Source: Monocercomonoides exilis PA203 (taxonomy: Eukaryota > Protista > Preaxostyla). Taken from it: DNA of 64,000 bases. The stretch lies in assembly GCA_001643675.2 (NCBI GenBank), contig LSRY02000006.1, positions 496,001 through 560,000 of the forward strand, in the 5' to 3' direction. The position numbers and the translations under genes were made by a program. The notes below the pieces were generated by a model that did not search any database, had not been told where the DNA came from, and saw nothing but the letters and a program-made list of their open reading frames with translations. Every line of letters starts with the position of its first letter. Position 1 is the stretch's first letter. Positions 25,046-39,100 of the stretch are shown here, piece after piece.

Positions 25046-26000
25046 TTTCAACAAGAATAAACAAATTTGTGAAATGATAACTTAAAGCCGAAGCATAAAT
25101 TTCTTTATTCAAGCCTCTATTTTTGACATAAGAATTTTTTACCAGTAACAATGGAAAACAAAAAGTATCTATTCTTTTGAAGATTGGGAAATCAATGATC
25201 CAATCGAATTATTTCTGAAGAATGAAAAAAACTTATATTCTATGTGAAGGATCACAAAATTGATATTGATATCAGACTTATTATATCAATTTCATGTGAC
25301 GATGCAAAAAAATGGCAATGATAAATATAAAAAAGAAAATCGGTGAGGTTTAATTACAAAATAATTTTTTCCTGATAAATAAATAATGATTAGAAATAAA
25401 AGTTAATAAAATAATATAAAAATAATTCGAAACATATTTTTTTATTCATTAGTTTATTTTTTCATATTTTTTTTTAGAAAAAAATGATAGAAAAAAACAT
25501 CACAATTGGAATTATTTTTTCAAAGCTTTTCCCATAGCCAATCTAAAATGGCGAAATGTTCAGATCAAATACTATCTTAATTTTAAATTGAACTATTTGT
25601 AGCATAAATGTCATCTCACTCCTTCTATCGAATTAAAAAAAAGATCAATTTGAAAGGTTGTTCAATCGAAAAGATGAATATTTACGGCTATTTTAATATA
25701 TGCATCTGAATGACAATATTTCATTTTTTTAATAATCTTGATTCGTTTTTCTTTCTTCACTTTTCTTTTTCTTTTTCGTTTTTTGATATAAAAATTTTTC
25801 AATATTTTTTTTATTCAAAACGAACGAGCAATGTAAATATGAAATGAAACATATAATTATTTTATCTTTATTTTGAACAAAAATCATGACCTTTAAAAAT
25901 AGAAAATTTTGTTCGAAAAAAATCAAATTAAAGCTGAAAAAGGGTATAAGATCTTTTAGTTTCAATGCTGCTTTATCTTTGTTATTAACCGTTATAATCA

Positions 26001-27165
26001 ATGGCAACTACGACCACGACAGAAGATTTAGAAGATCTAAAGGAAGGCCTTGTGGTAAAGGATTCATATACACTCACAAGAAAACTTGGGCAAGGAGCTT
26101 TTGGCGTTATCTTTGAAGGCGTATATCAGTCAAAACGAGGCCCTGTACAAATTGCCATTAAATTTGAAAGTAAAGTAGCAGTTAAGAAAGTGTTAAAATT
26201 GGAGGCATTTGTCCTAAAAAAATTACAGAGTATGATTAAAAGTTTTTACATAATTTAAGTATTGACATCTTATTAAAAAATAGTTTCAAAATATTTTGCT
26301 AGATTTTTCAATTTTGGATATTTTGGCGAAAGACCATTTTTGGCAATGGAACTTCTTGGGCAGAATCTTGGGTTTGAATTTTTTTGTTTTATATGTTGAA
26401 TATTTATTCATTCAAAAATTGTGTAGTGATCTTGCAATAAGTCGTCCAGAAAGAAAGTTTAGTTACGGATGTGTACTTCATCTTGGATATCAAATGATGA
26501 ACTGCCTTCAAGTTTTGCATTCCATTAGTTGGATTCACAGAGACATAAAACCGGTAATTTCAATTTGTTGAGTTAATTTTTAAAAAACTTAACGTTTTAA
26601 CTGGTCTCTTGTTCTTTTGTTTTTTAAATTTTAATTAAAGAGTAATTTCGTTATCGGAAAAGAAGGAAGAAAGATGCAAAGAGTTTATTTAATTGATTTT
26701 GGATTGGCAAAGAGGACTCATACCGATGACGGAACTCCTTTTCCGATGAGAACAAATGTTGGGTTTCGTGGTACAGCAAGATATGCGTCCATCAATGCAC
26801 ACAAAATGAGAGATTTAGGGAAGGTTGATGATTTATGGTCGCTGTTTTATGTGCTTGTAGAATTTACAAAAGGTTCGTTGCCTTGGGTCAGGTGCAAAGA
26901 CAGAAACGAAATAGGAAACAAGAAAGAGGAGTATCACGGGGACAAGTTGCTCGAAGGGCTTCCTCCATTGTTTACCAAAATGTTTAATTATCTTCAGACG
27001 CTGAAGTTTCATGACGATCCGGATTACGAATTTCTTCTGTGTTTGTTTCGAGACGCACAATTAGAGCACGTGAAGGAAATGCGTCTGACCAACCCAAATC
27101 GTGGCGTTCTCCCGTCCTTACCCCCAAAACAGCCTACACCTTCATCTGGCTCATCCTCTTTTTCC

Positions 27166-27197
<32 letters not shown>

Positions 27198-30100
27198 TTC
27201 CTCTTCATCAAACTACGCCTCTGAAGAAAGAGTCCGATGGGACCCCTTTGACTGGGAGGTCACACAGCCACTGTCGCCAGCCTCCCACACCGACGAGCCG
27301 AAGAAAGGCGCCGAGCATCCGCGGGCTCTTCATTCTCTTCCGTCTCCTCAGGCACAGCAGACACCTCAGTCGCCTCAGACCCCCAAAACACCACAGACTC
27401 CGTATGCTCCATATACTCCACATCTCTCAAAGGAGTCGCAGTCAAACGATGTGCGGCCAAGCAACAGCAACAGTAACAGTAACAATAACATCATCAACAA
27501 CAGAGAGCAGCCACACCGCACACACAGACAGCATGCTGCATCTCCACACAGAGAGGGGCTTCCGAACGCGCCGGCGCCTCTTCAGTCGCTCTCTCAGCAG
27601 ATGGCGCAAGAGGCCGACACGAAGAAGACACCGAACGCGTCTGCTACTTCTGCTGTGTCTGCTGCGTCTGCTTCATCAGCACAGAGAGGAAGCGCACAGC
27701 TGCTGCCGAACGAGGACGTGCTGGCGCCGCCGGCGCACCCGCAGAACCTGTCGCGTCAGGCGTCCTCCCACCGAATCCTCTCCTCTGCCTCTGGAGCACC
27801 TGCTTCTCCTGCTTCTGCTGCTATCGCCGCTGCCTCTGCCTCAGCTGCTGCTGCTGCCTCATCATCGTCATCATCATCTTCTTCTTCTTCTTCATCAACT
27901 GCTCAGAACAGCATCCTCCCCAGACACAGCCGGCCGCCGTCTCCGATGTTTATGATCTCGATGTCCTCGTCACGCTCCCCTCGCTTCCACACACGAGTAA
28001 CACAGGCCACGTCGAAGGCATCAAGAAAACGCTATTCGGTTCCCCTGATCAAGCCATTCGATGCAAAAGCCCATCAGAAGAGGATGGAGGCGCTGGCTGC
28101 ACAGAAGAAGGCGAATGAGCATTCACTGCCGTTGGTTCTGAGTCAGAAGGAGATGATTCAACAGCAACAGCAGCAGCAATTGCAACAGTTACAGCAACAA
28201 ATACAACAGGCACAGCTGATGCAGCAGCAACAGCAGCAGCAGATGTCTTCATCAAATCCGCCGGCGTCTATTTCTCCTGCTTCCACTTCATCTGCGTCTC
28301 CATCTTCTTCTTCTTCCTCATCCTCATCCTCTTCATCCTCTAACTCCCCCACCCCTTCCTCTTCCTCTTCCTCTGCCCTTCCTATCTCCAATGCTCGTCT
28401 TTCCATCCCGGCATTTCACCAGCCTCATCCAACATCTCCTCATCATTCCGGCTCTCTTCCTCCGCCTCTTCCGCCTTTCTCCCCAACTCCCACGCCAACC
28501 TCGCCAATCTCTTCGTCTCATGTTCCTTTGCTTCCTTCTCCTTTCCCCCTCTCTCCAAGCCAGCTTCATCCTCCTATCATTTCAATTGCTCCTCCTCCTC
28601 TTTCTTCCTCTTCACCTTCTTCTGCTTCTTCCTCCTCCTCTTCTTCTTCTACTACCTCTCCTTCACCACACTCTACACAACATCACCACTTCCCTCCACC
28701 TTCTCAGTCTGCCTTGTTTTCTCTCCCACACCCTCCTTCTCCCAGCCAACTCTCTCCTCACATGCCTTCCTCATCCTCTTCTTCTTCCTCTTCTTCTTCC
28801 TCTTCTTCTTCCTCCTCCTCTTCCTCCTCTCACCAGCTCGCTGCTCATTTTACTCCTCCTCTTCTCTCTGCCCACCAACCACACTTTACACACACGTACT
28901 TCGCTCCTTCCATTCCTGTCTCTCCTTCACGAACAGATCAGTCTTCTCCCTTAGGCTCCTCCACCCCTCCTTCTTCGGGCTCTCCTCACTCCCCAACATC
29001 AACAGCTTCAAGCCAATCTTCTCATTCTTCTCATTCATCTTCCAACTCCCCTTCCTCTTCTACTTCCTCTGCATCTGCCTCTTCCTCATCATCACCTTCT
29101 TCTTCTTCCTCTTCCTCTTCCTCCTCTTCCTCCTCACAGCATCTCCCCATCCACCGCCCTTCCCCCGTCTTCATCCTCAGCGATGCCACTTTCAACAGCG
29201 ATGACAAGCCAGCCCCTCTAACCTCACCTGATGCGATTGTTCAGCTTGTGCCCCATCCAAATGCTGTCCACTCTTCCCATTCAACACAGCCAGTCTTCCA
29301 ACACGCAACGACTCCGATTTCGCCCTCTGCGTTCTATCAGAACACTCTTTTGCTGCATCAGCAGCAGCAGCAACAACAACAACAGTTGCAATCACAGCAA
29401 TCTCTTCAATCTCTCCAATCTCTTCAGCAGCTGTCTCAACAGCCTTTCCTGTCAGTCTCACCATACTCTCAGGACCTCCAGCAGGCTGACTCGCACACAC
29501 CCATCCTCGGCAGCAGTGCTCGCCTGCTTCCACGTGCCATCTCCACTTCTCTCTCCCACGGCCAGCCGTCTCTCCCAACACTCGCCACATACTCTGACTG
29601 CCCCGGTGCTGCTCCTTCTCCAATGCCCACGTCTTCCATCAGCCCGTCCAACCAGTCCATCCAGCCGCCGTATGATGCGTCGATCGCCGGCACCACACAA
29701 TACTCTCTGGCACACTCTTCAGACACGTGGCGGTCGCAGCTGCACATCCAGCAGAACGCAGGCAGCTTCATCTTCGCAAAAGGGGAGGCAGACTCAACCA
29801 CATCTGCGTCCACTGCCAAAAGCGCATGTTTCACACAGACGCAGACGCAGACACAGACAAACGCGGCTGAGCAGACCGTCAGCCACGCACTCACGCAGAC
29901 GGCAGACTCCGTCTCCACCTCGCAGAACTTGCAGCACCCGCGCTCGCTGCCGTCGATGCTTGAAGTGCAGATGGTGCTGAGAGGGAAGACGCTGGACGAC
30001 GCATCAGCAGCGGGGGACATCAGCGAGATATTCGACGAAGGGCACGAAATGCAGGACGAGAAAGACTGCGGGCCGTATGATCCGCAGAAGAGGTGCTCAA

Positions 30101-33100
30101 GTCTGACCATTTTCCCGTCGCTGCACTCAGGACAGTCTCCGAAAAGGAAAGATAAGGCTCCGTTACCCCCGTTTTCGTCTACTCCTGTTGTTCAATCAAC
30201 TTCTTCTTCTTCCTCTTCTTCTTCTTCTTCTTCCACCTCTTCCACAGCCACTTCTCAGACAGGCTCAGTTACAACAGCCTCACATGGCTCTGCGTCTCCC
30301 GAGTCAGAAATGGAGAAGCATTCGATGCGACTCACGCAACAGACAGGCAAATCGTCACACAGAACTACCACAATCTCCACTGCTGAAACATCTGTGAGAT
30401 CTGCTATGCTCACTGCAACTACCACAACTTCCTCCTCCTCCTCCTCCTCTTCTTCTTCTTCTTCTTCTGTCTCCACCCCTCCTTCCACCTCCTCCCCGAC
30501 TCCTCATCTCCTCAGCCAGAAGCGCAACTCGCCCAGCCCAAACATCCACGATCCCAATCTCCTGCTCCACCCTCCACCTTCCACCCCTCTCCAGCTGCAG
30601 CCCCACCTCCTCCACCCTTCTCCCCAGATGCTCCTCGCCCACCACATCCGGAAGGAAGAGGCAAACGATCCAGCTCACTTGCCTTCTCCTACTCCCACTG
30701 AGACTTATGCAGAATACGACGTCGGGCAGTGGCAGTCGCCCCAGCTGTCTGCCGCGTCCCTCACTCGAATGCCTTCGGAATGCTCTTTCTCCTCCTTCGC
30801 CCCTTCCGACTCGCTCCTCTTCCATTCTCCCTCGCATCTCTCTGAGCAATCGACTGATTCTTCCTCTCTATCAACCCCTCTGCTCATTCAGAAATCCCGC
30901 ACGTTGGAAGACCTGCCCCAGTTCGTGCGACCACATGTAGTGCATCCAACTCACCTGGACTCATTGCAACCAGCTCTGTCTATCGTATCTCCAAACTCCC
31001 CCTCAGCCACTCCGCACACCCGCTCCCCGTGTCCTTCCATGCTGTCCATCCCAAACAGCACTGATGTGCCTGATCCATTGCACAAGCAGCATTCCAACGA
31101 GCATTCGTCTGCTTTGTGCCATCTTGGGCAGTCCACCCTTCCTCTGCACATTCCACTCGCTGTTCCTCCTCAGATGCCTCAGAACTCAATTGGCAGCAGC
31201 GGCAGTGGTATTAGTCTCAACATAAATGTCAATGGCATCAGTAGCAGTGGCAGTAACATTAACAATAACAATAACAATAACAATAATAATAATAATAACA
31301 TCAACAGCATTAATGCTAACAACACAGCCATAGAAGACACCCCAGTCTCTCCTGTCCTCTCCCCCCAGCTCCTCCACAGCTCAACAGCACCTGAGCAGCT
31401 GGAGAAAGCGACCACCGCCATCAAGAATCTCTTCTCGATCCTTCGCTTAACTCCTCCTCAGCAGCAGCAAGTGTCTTCAACACAAGGGCAGCAGTCAAAC
31501 AACAGGAATGTATCATCTTCTGCACGTGATGGCACCATCGCACTGGATGTGAAGCCGATCAGCGACGACACGCTGATGAAGATTGAGCTGCGGCCGTACC
31601 AGCCCCGCCAGCCGCGCCTCCACTTCTCGACAAAGCTGGCAATTTCACAGGCTGTGCAGGACTTGAACAGCCAGAGTATATCGTCTGAATCGTCGAAGTC
31701 TTCGCAATCGGCTTCGGATGTGTTCTCAACGGGGCATTTGTCAGAGCAGGGCAGTCAGCTTGGAGTGTTATTTCCACCGGCTTCTTCATCTCCCTCTTCG
31801 ATGCAGTTGTCAAACTTGCAAACTGCACAGGATGAAGCAACAGTATCAGCATCAGCATCATCTGCCATTGGCGATGCAAGTGATTCTTTTACACAGCACA
31901 GTCCAAATGCAGAAGGGGGAATTCAATTGTGTCAATTTTCTACTTCAAAATTGCAGTTTGTGTCAAACACAGACAGAGGAAATAAACAGCAGCAGCAGCA
32001 GCAGCATCAACATCAGAGTCAGGTTCAACTGCAATCTCAATCACAATTACAATTACAATCATTATCACAAGCTCAACTCCAACAACTTCAGCAGCTTCAG
32101 CAGCTTCAGCAGCTTCAACAACTCCAACAGCAGCAGAAGGACACACTCAATGAACAAAAAACCAACATAGCCACATCCACCCACCACACACTGACATTCG
32201 ATGACCAGCGCCCTGTCATTTCGAGCCAGGCAACCACCCCATCAGAAATGCAAATGACAACAACTGCCACTCCTCTGCAGACGAGCGCTGCTTCTTCTGA
32301 TCAAACCTCGTCTTCCTTCCACAGCAGCCTTCACACAGACACCCCTTCCTCTCATTCCTCTCATTCCTCTCGCTCTATTCATTCATTGGACACTCAACAC
32401 ACAACTACGCCTTCTTCAGCCACAACATCCCACACACAGACACAGACACAGCTACAGACACAGGCGATGATCCAGACACAGACACAATCTCAGTCACAGG
32501 TACAGATGCAATCCTCCTCCTCCTCTTCTTCTTCCACTTCTTCTTCTTCTTCTGCCACAGCCACTGCAACTACTGCTACAACCACAACCACAACTGCTTC
32601 AATCGCATCCACCTCTCCTCCTTCAACCGCCAACACGAACACAAACACGAACACAACCAACACACAAAGCAGCAGCCAGAAACAGGGCTCACCCGACCTT
32701 TCAAACTCCGAGCAGCTCTCCTTCTGCCTGTCTGAGTCTGTTGCACAGCCAGACCCGCGCTGTGCTCCTTCTCCGTTGCCTTCTCCTGTCTCCCCCGTCT
32801 CCCCCACATCCACCTTCACCAACTTCTCCATCCCCCTCCCTTCCTCCTTCGCCCACGCCCAGCAAGACTCTGGCGCCACCCCTGCCCCTATCACACCTTC
32901 CACAAAGCGCTCTCTGCTTCTCTCCACTTCATCTTCCTCCTCTTCCTCCACCTCCTCCACCCGCTCCACCTTCTCCTTCCCTCCTTCCACCTCTCCTTCC
33001 CCGCCTCCTGCCCAGTCTTCCTCTGAGCCCCACAAAGAAGGCGAAGACGCACACGCCTCGTCCATCGCCCAGTTCCTTCCTCTTCAATCTCCTCTGACCT

Positions 33101-36100
33101 CTGACCACTGCAGCAGCGCCATCACAGACAGCGGCCTCATCTCTTCTTTGTCTCACAACTTGACTTCTTCCTCTTCTTCTTCCTCTTCTTCTTCTTCTAC
33201 AACCACCACCACGTCACCTGTCTCCATCTCTTCCACACACACATCCACCACTGCCTCTGCCTCTGCCTCTGGTTCTGCTTCTGGTTCTCCAAATTTCTCT
33301 CCGGCTGCTTCTCCTTCTGCTTCTCTGGCAACATCAGCTCCTTCCTCCTCCTCCTCCTCCTCTTCTTCTTCTTCTTCTTTGGCTTCTTCTACTGCATCGG
33401 CTTCAGCTTCTCCTTCTTCTTCTCCTTCTGCCTCAGTTTCTGCTTCTGCTTTGGCGTCTTCATCCTCATCATCTTCATCCGCTTCTGCTTCTTCATCCTC
33501 CTCCTCCTCCTCCTCCTCCTCCTCCTCTACCTCAGCCTCTTCTTCTCCTCTTGCTTCCTCTTCTTCTTCTTCCTCCTCCTCCTCCTCCTCCTCCTCACAT
33601 TCTTCCACCACCAACAACAATGCCCCCCACACTCCCCCCAAGCTGCTCCATCCGGCAACCACACCAACACTTCTCTCTGTCTCCTCCCGCTCTGCCCAGC
33701 CAGCCAACAGAAACACTCAGATTTTGCATCCTTCCTCGGCACACCATCCACCGAAGGCTCCGACGCTGCCAAAGGCTCCTTCTTCGTCTTCTTCTTCTTC
33801 TTCTTCTTCTTCTTCAGCTTCAGCTTCTTCGTCTTCTTCCTCTTCATCATCATCTTCTTCTTCAAATTCTTCTTCCTCTTCTTCATCATCCAATTCCACT
33901 TCCTCCTCTCACAACTCCTCCAAAAAGGATTCGATGTCTCTCTCTGCCACCTCCACCTCCCTCACCTCTTCCTGCACCTCTTCCTCTGCGTCAGCTTCTG
34001 CCTCCGCTTCTGCTTCTGCATCTCCCCACCAGCTGTACGCCCCCGCACAGCACCAAAACCCTCCAGATTTAACTCTTTCCTCCACTTCCACTCCTCCCAA
34101 CACCTCCTCCTCGCTCACTTCCAACACACATTCTTCAGCCAGCACTGCCTCTCAGCAGCAGATGACACCGCCTCGCTCGCAGTCCCGGCAGGTTGCTCCA
34201 GAGTCCTCTTTAATCTCCTTCACTCTTTCTCACTCTGAACACAGCGAGCCTTCGACGCCTGTCAAAAGAGATGCGTCTGCAAAGCAGCTGACAGCTTCGT
34301 TAAATGAGTCTGGGCAAGGAGACGATGTGACATTTGCGCTTTCATCAGATGGCGTGTCGACTTCTGCTTCTTCTTCAGACAATGTTCGCATCGACAGAAA
34401 GGAAGACAAGCAAAATATCAGCATCTCACCCGCAAAAAGCGGCGGGGCGAAAGAAGAAGAAGTGTGTCCTGCGCCTTCTCCTTCTCCTCTGCCTTCGCCG
34501 ACTTCTCCATTTGTGCTCGACAGAGGCTGGTCTCCTCTTCCCAGCAGCCGTTCTTCGCTTCTGTCTGTCGACCCACCCGCATTCGGGATGACAACCTCGA
34601 TGATGAATGCGCCAGACACCTCGCTCATCGACAAAGACGGCTCTGTCCTGCACATCTCAACGATGGCATTCACATCCGGTGGGGAAGACGGCACCACACG
34701 CACATCCACTCTCTCTTTGCTGCCCAATGGCTCCTTGTCAACAAAAAGATCGGTCTCTACTATCATCCGCGAGGAGAACAAGACGCAGCCTTCCACACCC
34801 ACAGCCACCTCTGCCTCAGCTTCTACATCGATGCTGCAGATCCCTGCTCTTTCCTGGCAGTCTTCGGCTGCCTCGCCAACACATTCTCCTCCGCCTTCCC
34901 CAAACACACAGCTTGCAATTCCGCCTCTCTCCAAGCAGTCTGCCCAGCCGCCCAGTGGTTTATTATCAGATGATCTGCTGAAGCTGTCTATAGGAGATCT
35001 CCTTATGCAGCCAACAGACGTGTTCAACCAGATTCTGCAAGTGGCTAAGGACGCTATCTCCTCAAAGGGAGACAAGCAGAACCAGAACCAGAGTCAAAGT
35101 CAGAGTCAGAGCCAGAGCCAGAGCCATCCGCCAGAAGCAACAGCGCTTAACTCTCATCTCAGCCAGTTCCATCCTCTCCTCACACACCCGCCACAGCCCA
35201 CTCCAAAATCGCCGCACACAAACACTCATCCAAAGACACAGGGAGTAAACAGCTCCGTTGCCAAACGGAAAGCCACCAGAACAGGGAAAAAGACGTCACT
35301 TCAGCTGGAAATACCTCCTTATCGTCCAAAAGCGGAGCCTTCAATCACATCTCCTCCAATGCAGACGTCGCAGTCGTTGTCAACAATGCAGTTCATCTCG
35401 TTCTCCACTCTCAACAACAACAGACAGTCAACATCAATGCAAAGACTACCCAAAGTGCGGAAGCAGGTGTATCAGGAGGCGCCGATGCTGAACTCGCCCA
35501 CTGCCACCATGCCTGCTGATATGTCTCCTGGTATCAGCTCCCCAAAACCTTCTCTGTCGCCCCAGAGTCACTCGGCACGGAAGAAGAAAGAGGCATTCAA
35601 TGACATCAATGGTAATACTCACAGCAATAGCCACACGAACTCACATGGCAACGGACACAGCAGAGGAGGAAGAGGAAACAGCAGCAGCTTCCACCAGCTT
35701 CCATACACTGCCAATGGGAAGACAGGAGTCATCCAACTTCCAAAGCACCATCTGACCACGGAGCCTGCTGTAATCACAATCACTTCCCAGCCTCAGCCTC
35801 AGCTTCAACTTCAACCTCAATCACAGTTACAGTTACAATCTCAACCTCAATCACAGCCTCAGCTGCAGTCTGCTCAGCCACTCGAAGACAACATCACCCA
35901 GCTGCTGCGGCAGAGCCCCTCCAGTTCTGATGCGCTGTCTGTCTCCCACTCAATCCAGTCCATCCCTCCTTCCTCTCCCAGCATCACTCACGAATACGAC
36001 CACCAGTCCACTGCCTCCCTCACCCGCTCCTCCACATTCTCTTCTGCTTTCCTGCCGCAACACCTTTCTCTGCGGGTGCTTCCGCAGGACTCGCCATTCT

Positions 36101-39100
36101 CTGCCCGCTCGCGCCTGCAGCAGCAGGATCTGCAGGAGCAAATCGTCAACTCCCTCCACAACTCCAAGTCAACCGAGGAATTTGTGCCCTACCGCTTCAA
36201 AGGCAAAGAGAACGAGACAACATCTGCCGTCGTCAATTCTTCGCCTCGTGTGCTGTTTTCGCCTCCGCTGGCTGGCTCTCCCAAGAGCATTGTGGATGTG
36301 CCCCTGGGGCATCTGTCTCCTCCTTTGTCTCCATTCGACGTGCGCACCATCAACTACTCCAACAGCCTGCCGACGCTGCCAGCGATGCAGCACCCTTCTG
36401 CCAGGCAAACATACACAAGCTCTCCTCTCAGACAGGCCGAGGCGAACAACCCGATGATCACCAGTCGCTCGTCTCTCACGACGCTTTCCTCGCACTCTTC
36501 GTCGACTTCTCAGTGGGCATCCAGCCAGAGGCATTCACAGCATCAACAACACACTCAACATCAACAGCATAATCAGCATACTCAACACACTCAACACACT
36601 CATCATCTACAGCCAGCACATTTGATAGAGAGTGTGGAGCGGTCGAAGACGCCGCCCTTTGCGAGGAGGCTGGAGACGATGACAGACGCTGAGGAGAGCA
36701 GGCTGAGGGAGATGTATTTGCAGCATTCTTTGTTCAACTTCAGTTCGATGGACAGAAATGACAGAAGCAATATGAATGGGCAGAAAGTGCTGTCAATTCC
36801 ATTAGACAAGATTCCGCCTGATGTGAATGCACACAGATTCTCACAGCCTTCTCCTTTGTCTCATTTTGTGTCTCTGACACTTGACAAGAATGCGAGTCAG
36901 CCAGGTGAAATGAATCAGTCAGGGGCAAATGAACAAATAGTTCAGAATGGAGAAATGAAGGAGAATGAAGATAAAGATAAGAGAGAGAAAGAGATAGAGA
37001 ATGCAAAATCAAAAGAAAACCAAGTTCTAATTGGAAATGAAGGAGAAATCATACAAGATTCTCCGAAAGCTGGCAATGTGGCTTCTTCAACAAATGCAGA
37101 AGCCAACAAAACAGAAAAAGCGAGTCTTTCAACCATTCTTGCTGTGCTTCAGAACAGCAGCTCTTCCAACAACATCATCAACATTAGCAATAACAGCAAT
37201 AATAATAATAATAATCAAAACAGTTATCTTCCCAATGATCAATCCAAAGCAGACGCTTCATCCCTTCACCAGGACACAGACAAGCCTGCAGACCTTCTGC
37301 AGCTCACAACCAGCACATCTGCACACGACGCCACAAAGTCCTCTCCTTCGTCGAGCACTCAATCATCTCCCAATCTCTCTCAGCGACTCACCTCTCGTCT
37401 GCACCAGCACTCAGAGCAGCCAGCCGAGTTCAGCGTGTATTCTGCCTCAACAACACCAGGCATTCCAAAGAACGCTGGGAAATCGCTTCTTTCTGAACAA
37501 TCTCCCACTTCTTCTCCTGTCCATGGCTCTCCAACTCCACAGGGCGCATCTGAGAAGCATAGCAGTGACGGCGTGATGACACGCTTCTGGAAGAAGCTGA
37601 AGTCGAAACTGGGGAAAGGTGAAGTGAGGCGTGTGGATGTGTCGTACGCAGACAGTCGTGCTGTTTCCCCACAAAGAGACGCCCACAATCTGAACTCCTC
37701 GTTTTCTGGCGAGTCCAGCGGCTCCCTCTCTTCCGAGGCGACTTCTCCAGTCACAGACTCTTTGTCTTCCTCGCGGCCGATGCAGCTTCTGTCTTCTTTG
37801 GAGTCCTCTGTTGGTGCAGACTACCTCAACACGCCCGTTGGCTCGCCCACGTTCTTCACACAATACTCTGGTGTTCCCTTGACTCCCACCAGCACCACGA
37901 CAAAGCAGTCATCATTGCGCATACACGAGACACCTGCCCATACGCAGCTGACATCGCATTCCTCAGACGCTTCTCTGCAGTCCTCGCACTCGCTGCATTC
38001 GACACACTCGACTCGCTCTTCTCCTCTTTCTGAGAAATCCTCCTCGCTCAGCAGCATGATCTTCATCGCCAACTCGCCCACTGCTCACTTAGACACCCAG
38101 CAGCATCTGCAGCAGACGCCTGCCTGCTTCATCTCTGCTAAGGCCATCGTAGTAGTTGGCTCACACGATTCCCCCACACTTCTGCCCATTTCTTCCTTGA
38201 ATTCCACTGCCAATGTGCCGAATTCTCCTCTTCGTGTCGCCAAGCCCTGCCCGCTTGCCTTGAGCCCGTCGTCTTCAGACATCATCGGCCCCAACGGGAT
38301 GGATGTGCTGAATGCAGCGAACGGCGAAGAAAGAATTGAGCTGCACAGCTACGAGAACACATCAACAGACCACTCTGCAAACACCTCGTCTTCATCGTCG
38401 CCGCTGTCGGAGCAGTCACACACACCTCTCACAGCAACAGAACAGCAGTCGGCGCTGACGACGAAGTCGAGTTCGGAGAAGGAGAAGAAAGAAGAAGAAA
38501 GAGAAGGGGAAGAAGGGGAAGAAAGGGAAGAAAGGGAAGAAAGAGAAAGAGAAAGAGAAGGTGAGGCAGTGGATATACAGCAGGAGCATGAGAAACACAT
38601 TCCGCGTTCGCTTGCACCGAAGATGGATGCGAATGATGAGAATCTGAAAGTGCTTGTTCAACAGCAGCTTCAGTTGCTTTTAATGCAGCAACAGCAGCAG
38701 CAACAAGTTCTACAGCAGCAGCATCAACAGCATCATCAGCAGAAGCAGAAGCAGCAAGAACAACAACAAATGCAACAAGAAGTTCAGCAAGTTCAACAAA
38801 TTCAGCAAGTACAACAACAGCCACAGCCACTCAAGATTTCGAGTGTGAGTCTCCAGTTCGCTGAAGATGAGAGAGAAAAGCAAAACATGTCTCCTCATCT
38901 GAGTCAGAAACGGAGCGATGCTTCTTCTTCTTCTTCTTCTTCTTCCTCCTCCTCCTCCTCTTGTCAATCTTGTGACTCCCCCACTCATTTACTCCAAAAC
39001 TTGTCAAATATCTCCTCCCATCATGGCAGTGCTGCGACTCTTCCTTCGTGTTCGATGGAGTCTTCGACTTTGAACCAGATGCCGTCAAACTTCCAGCCTT

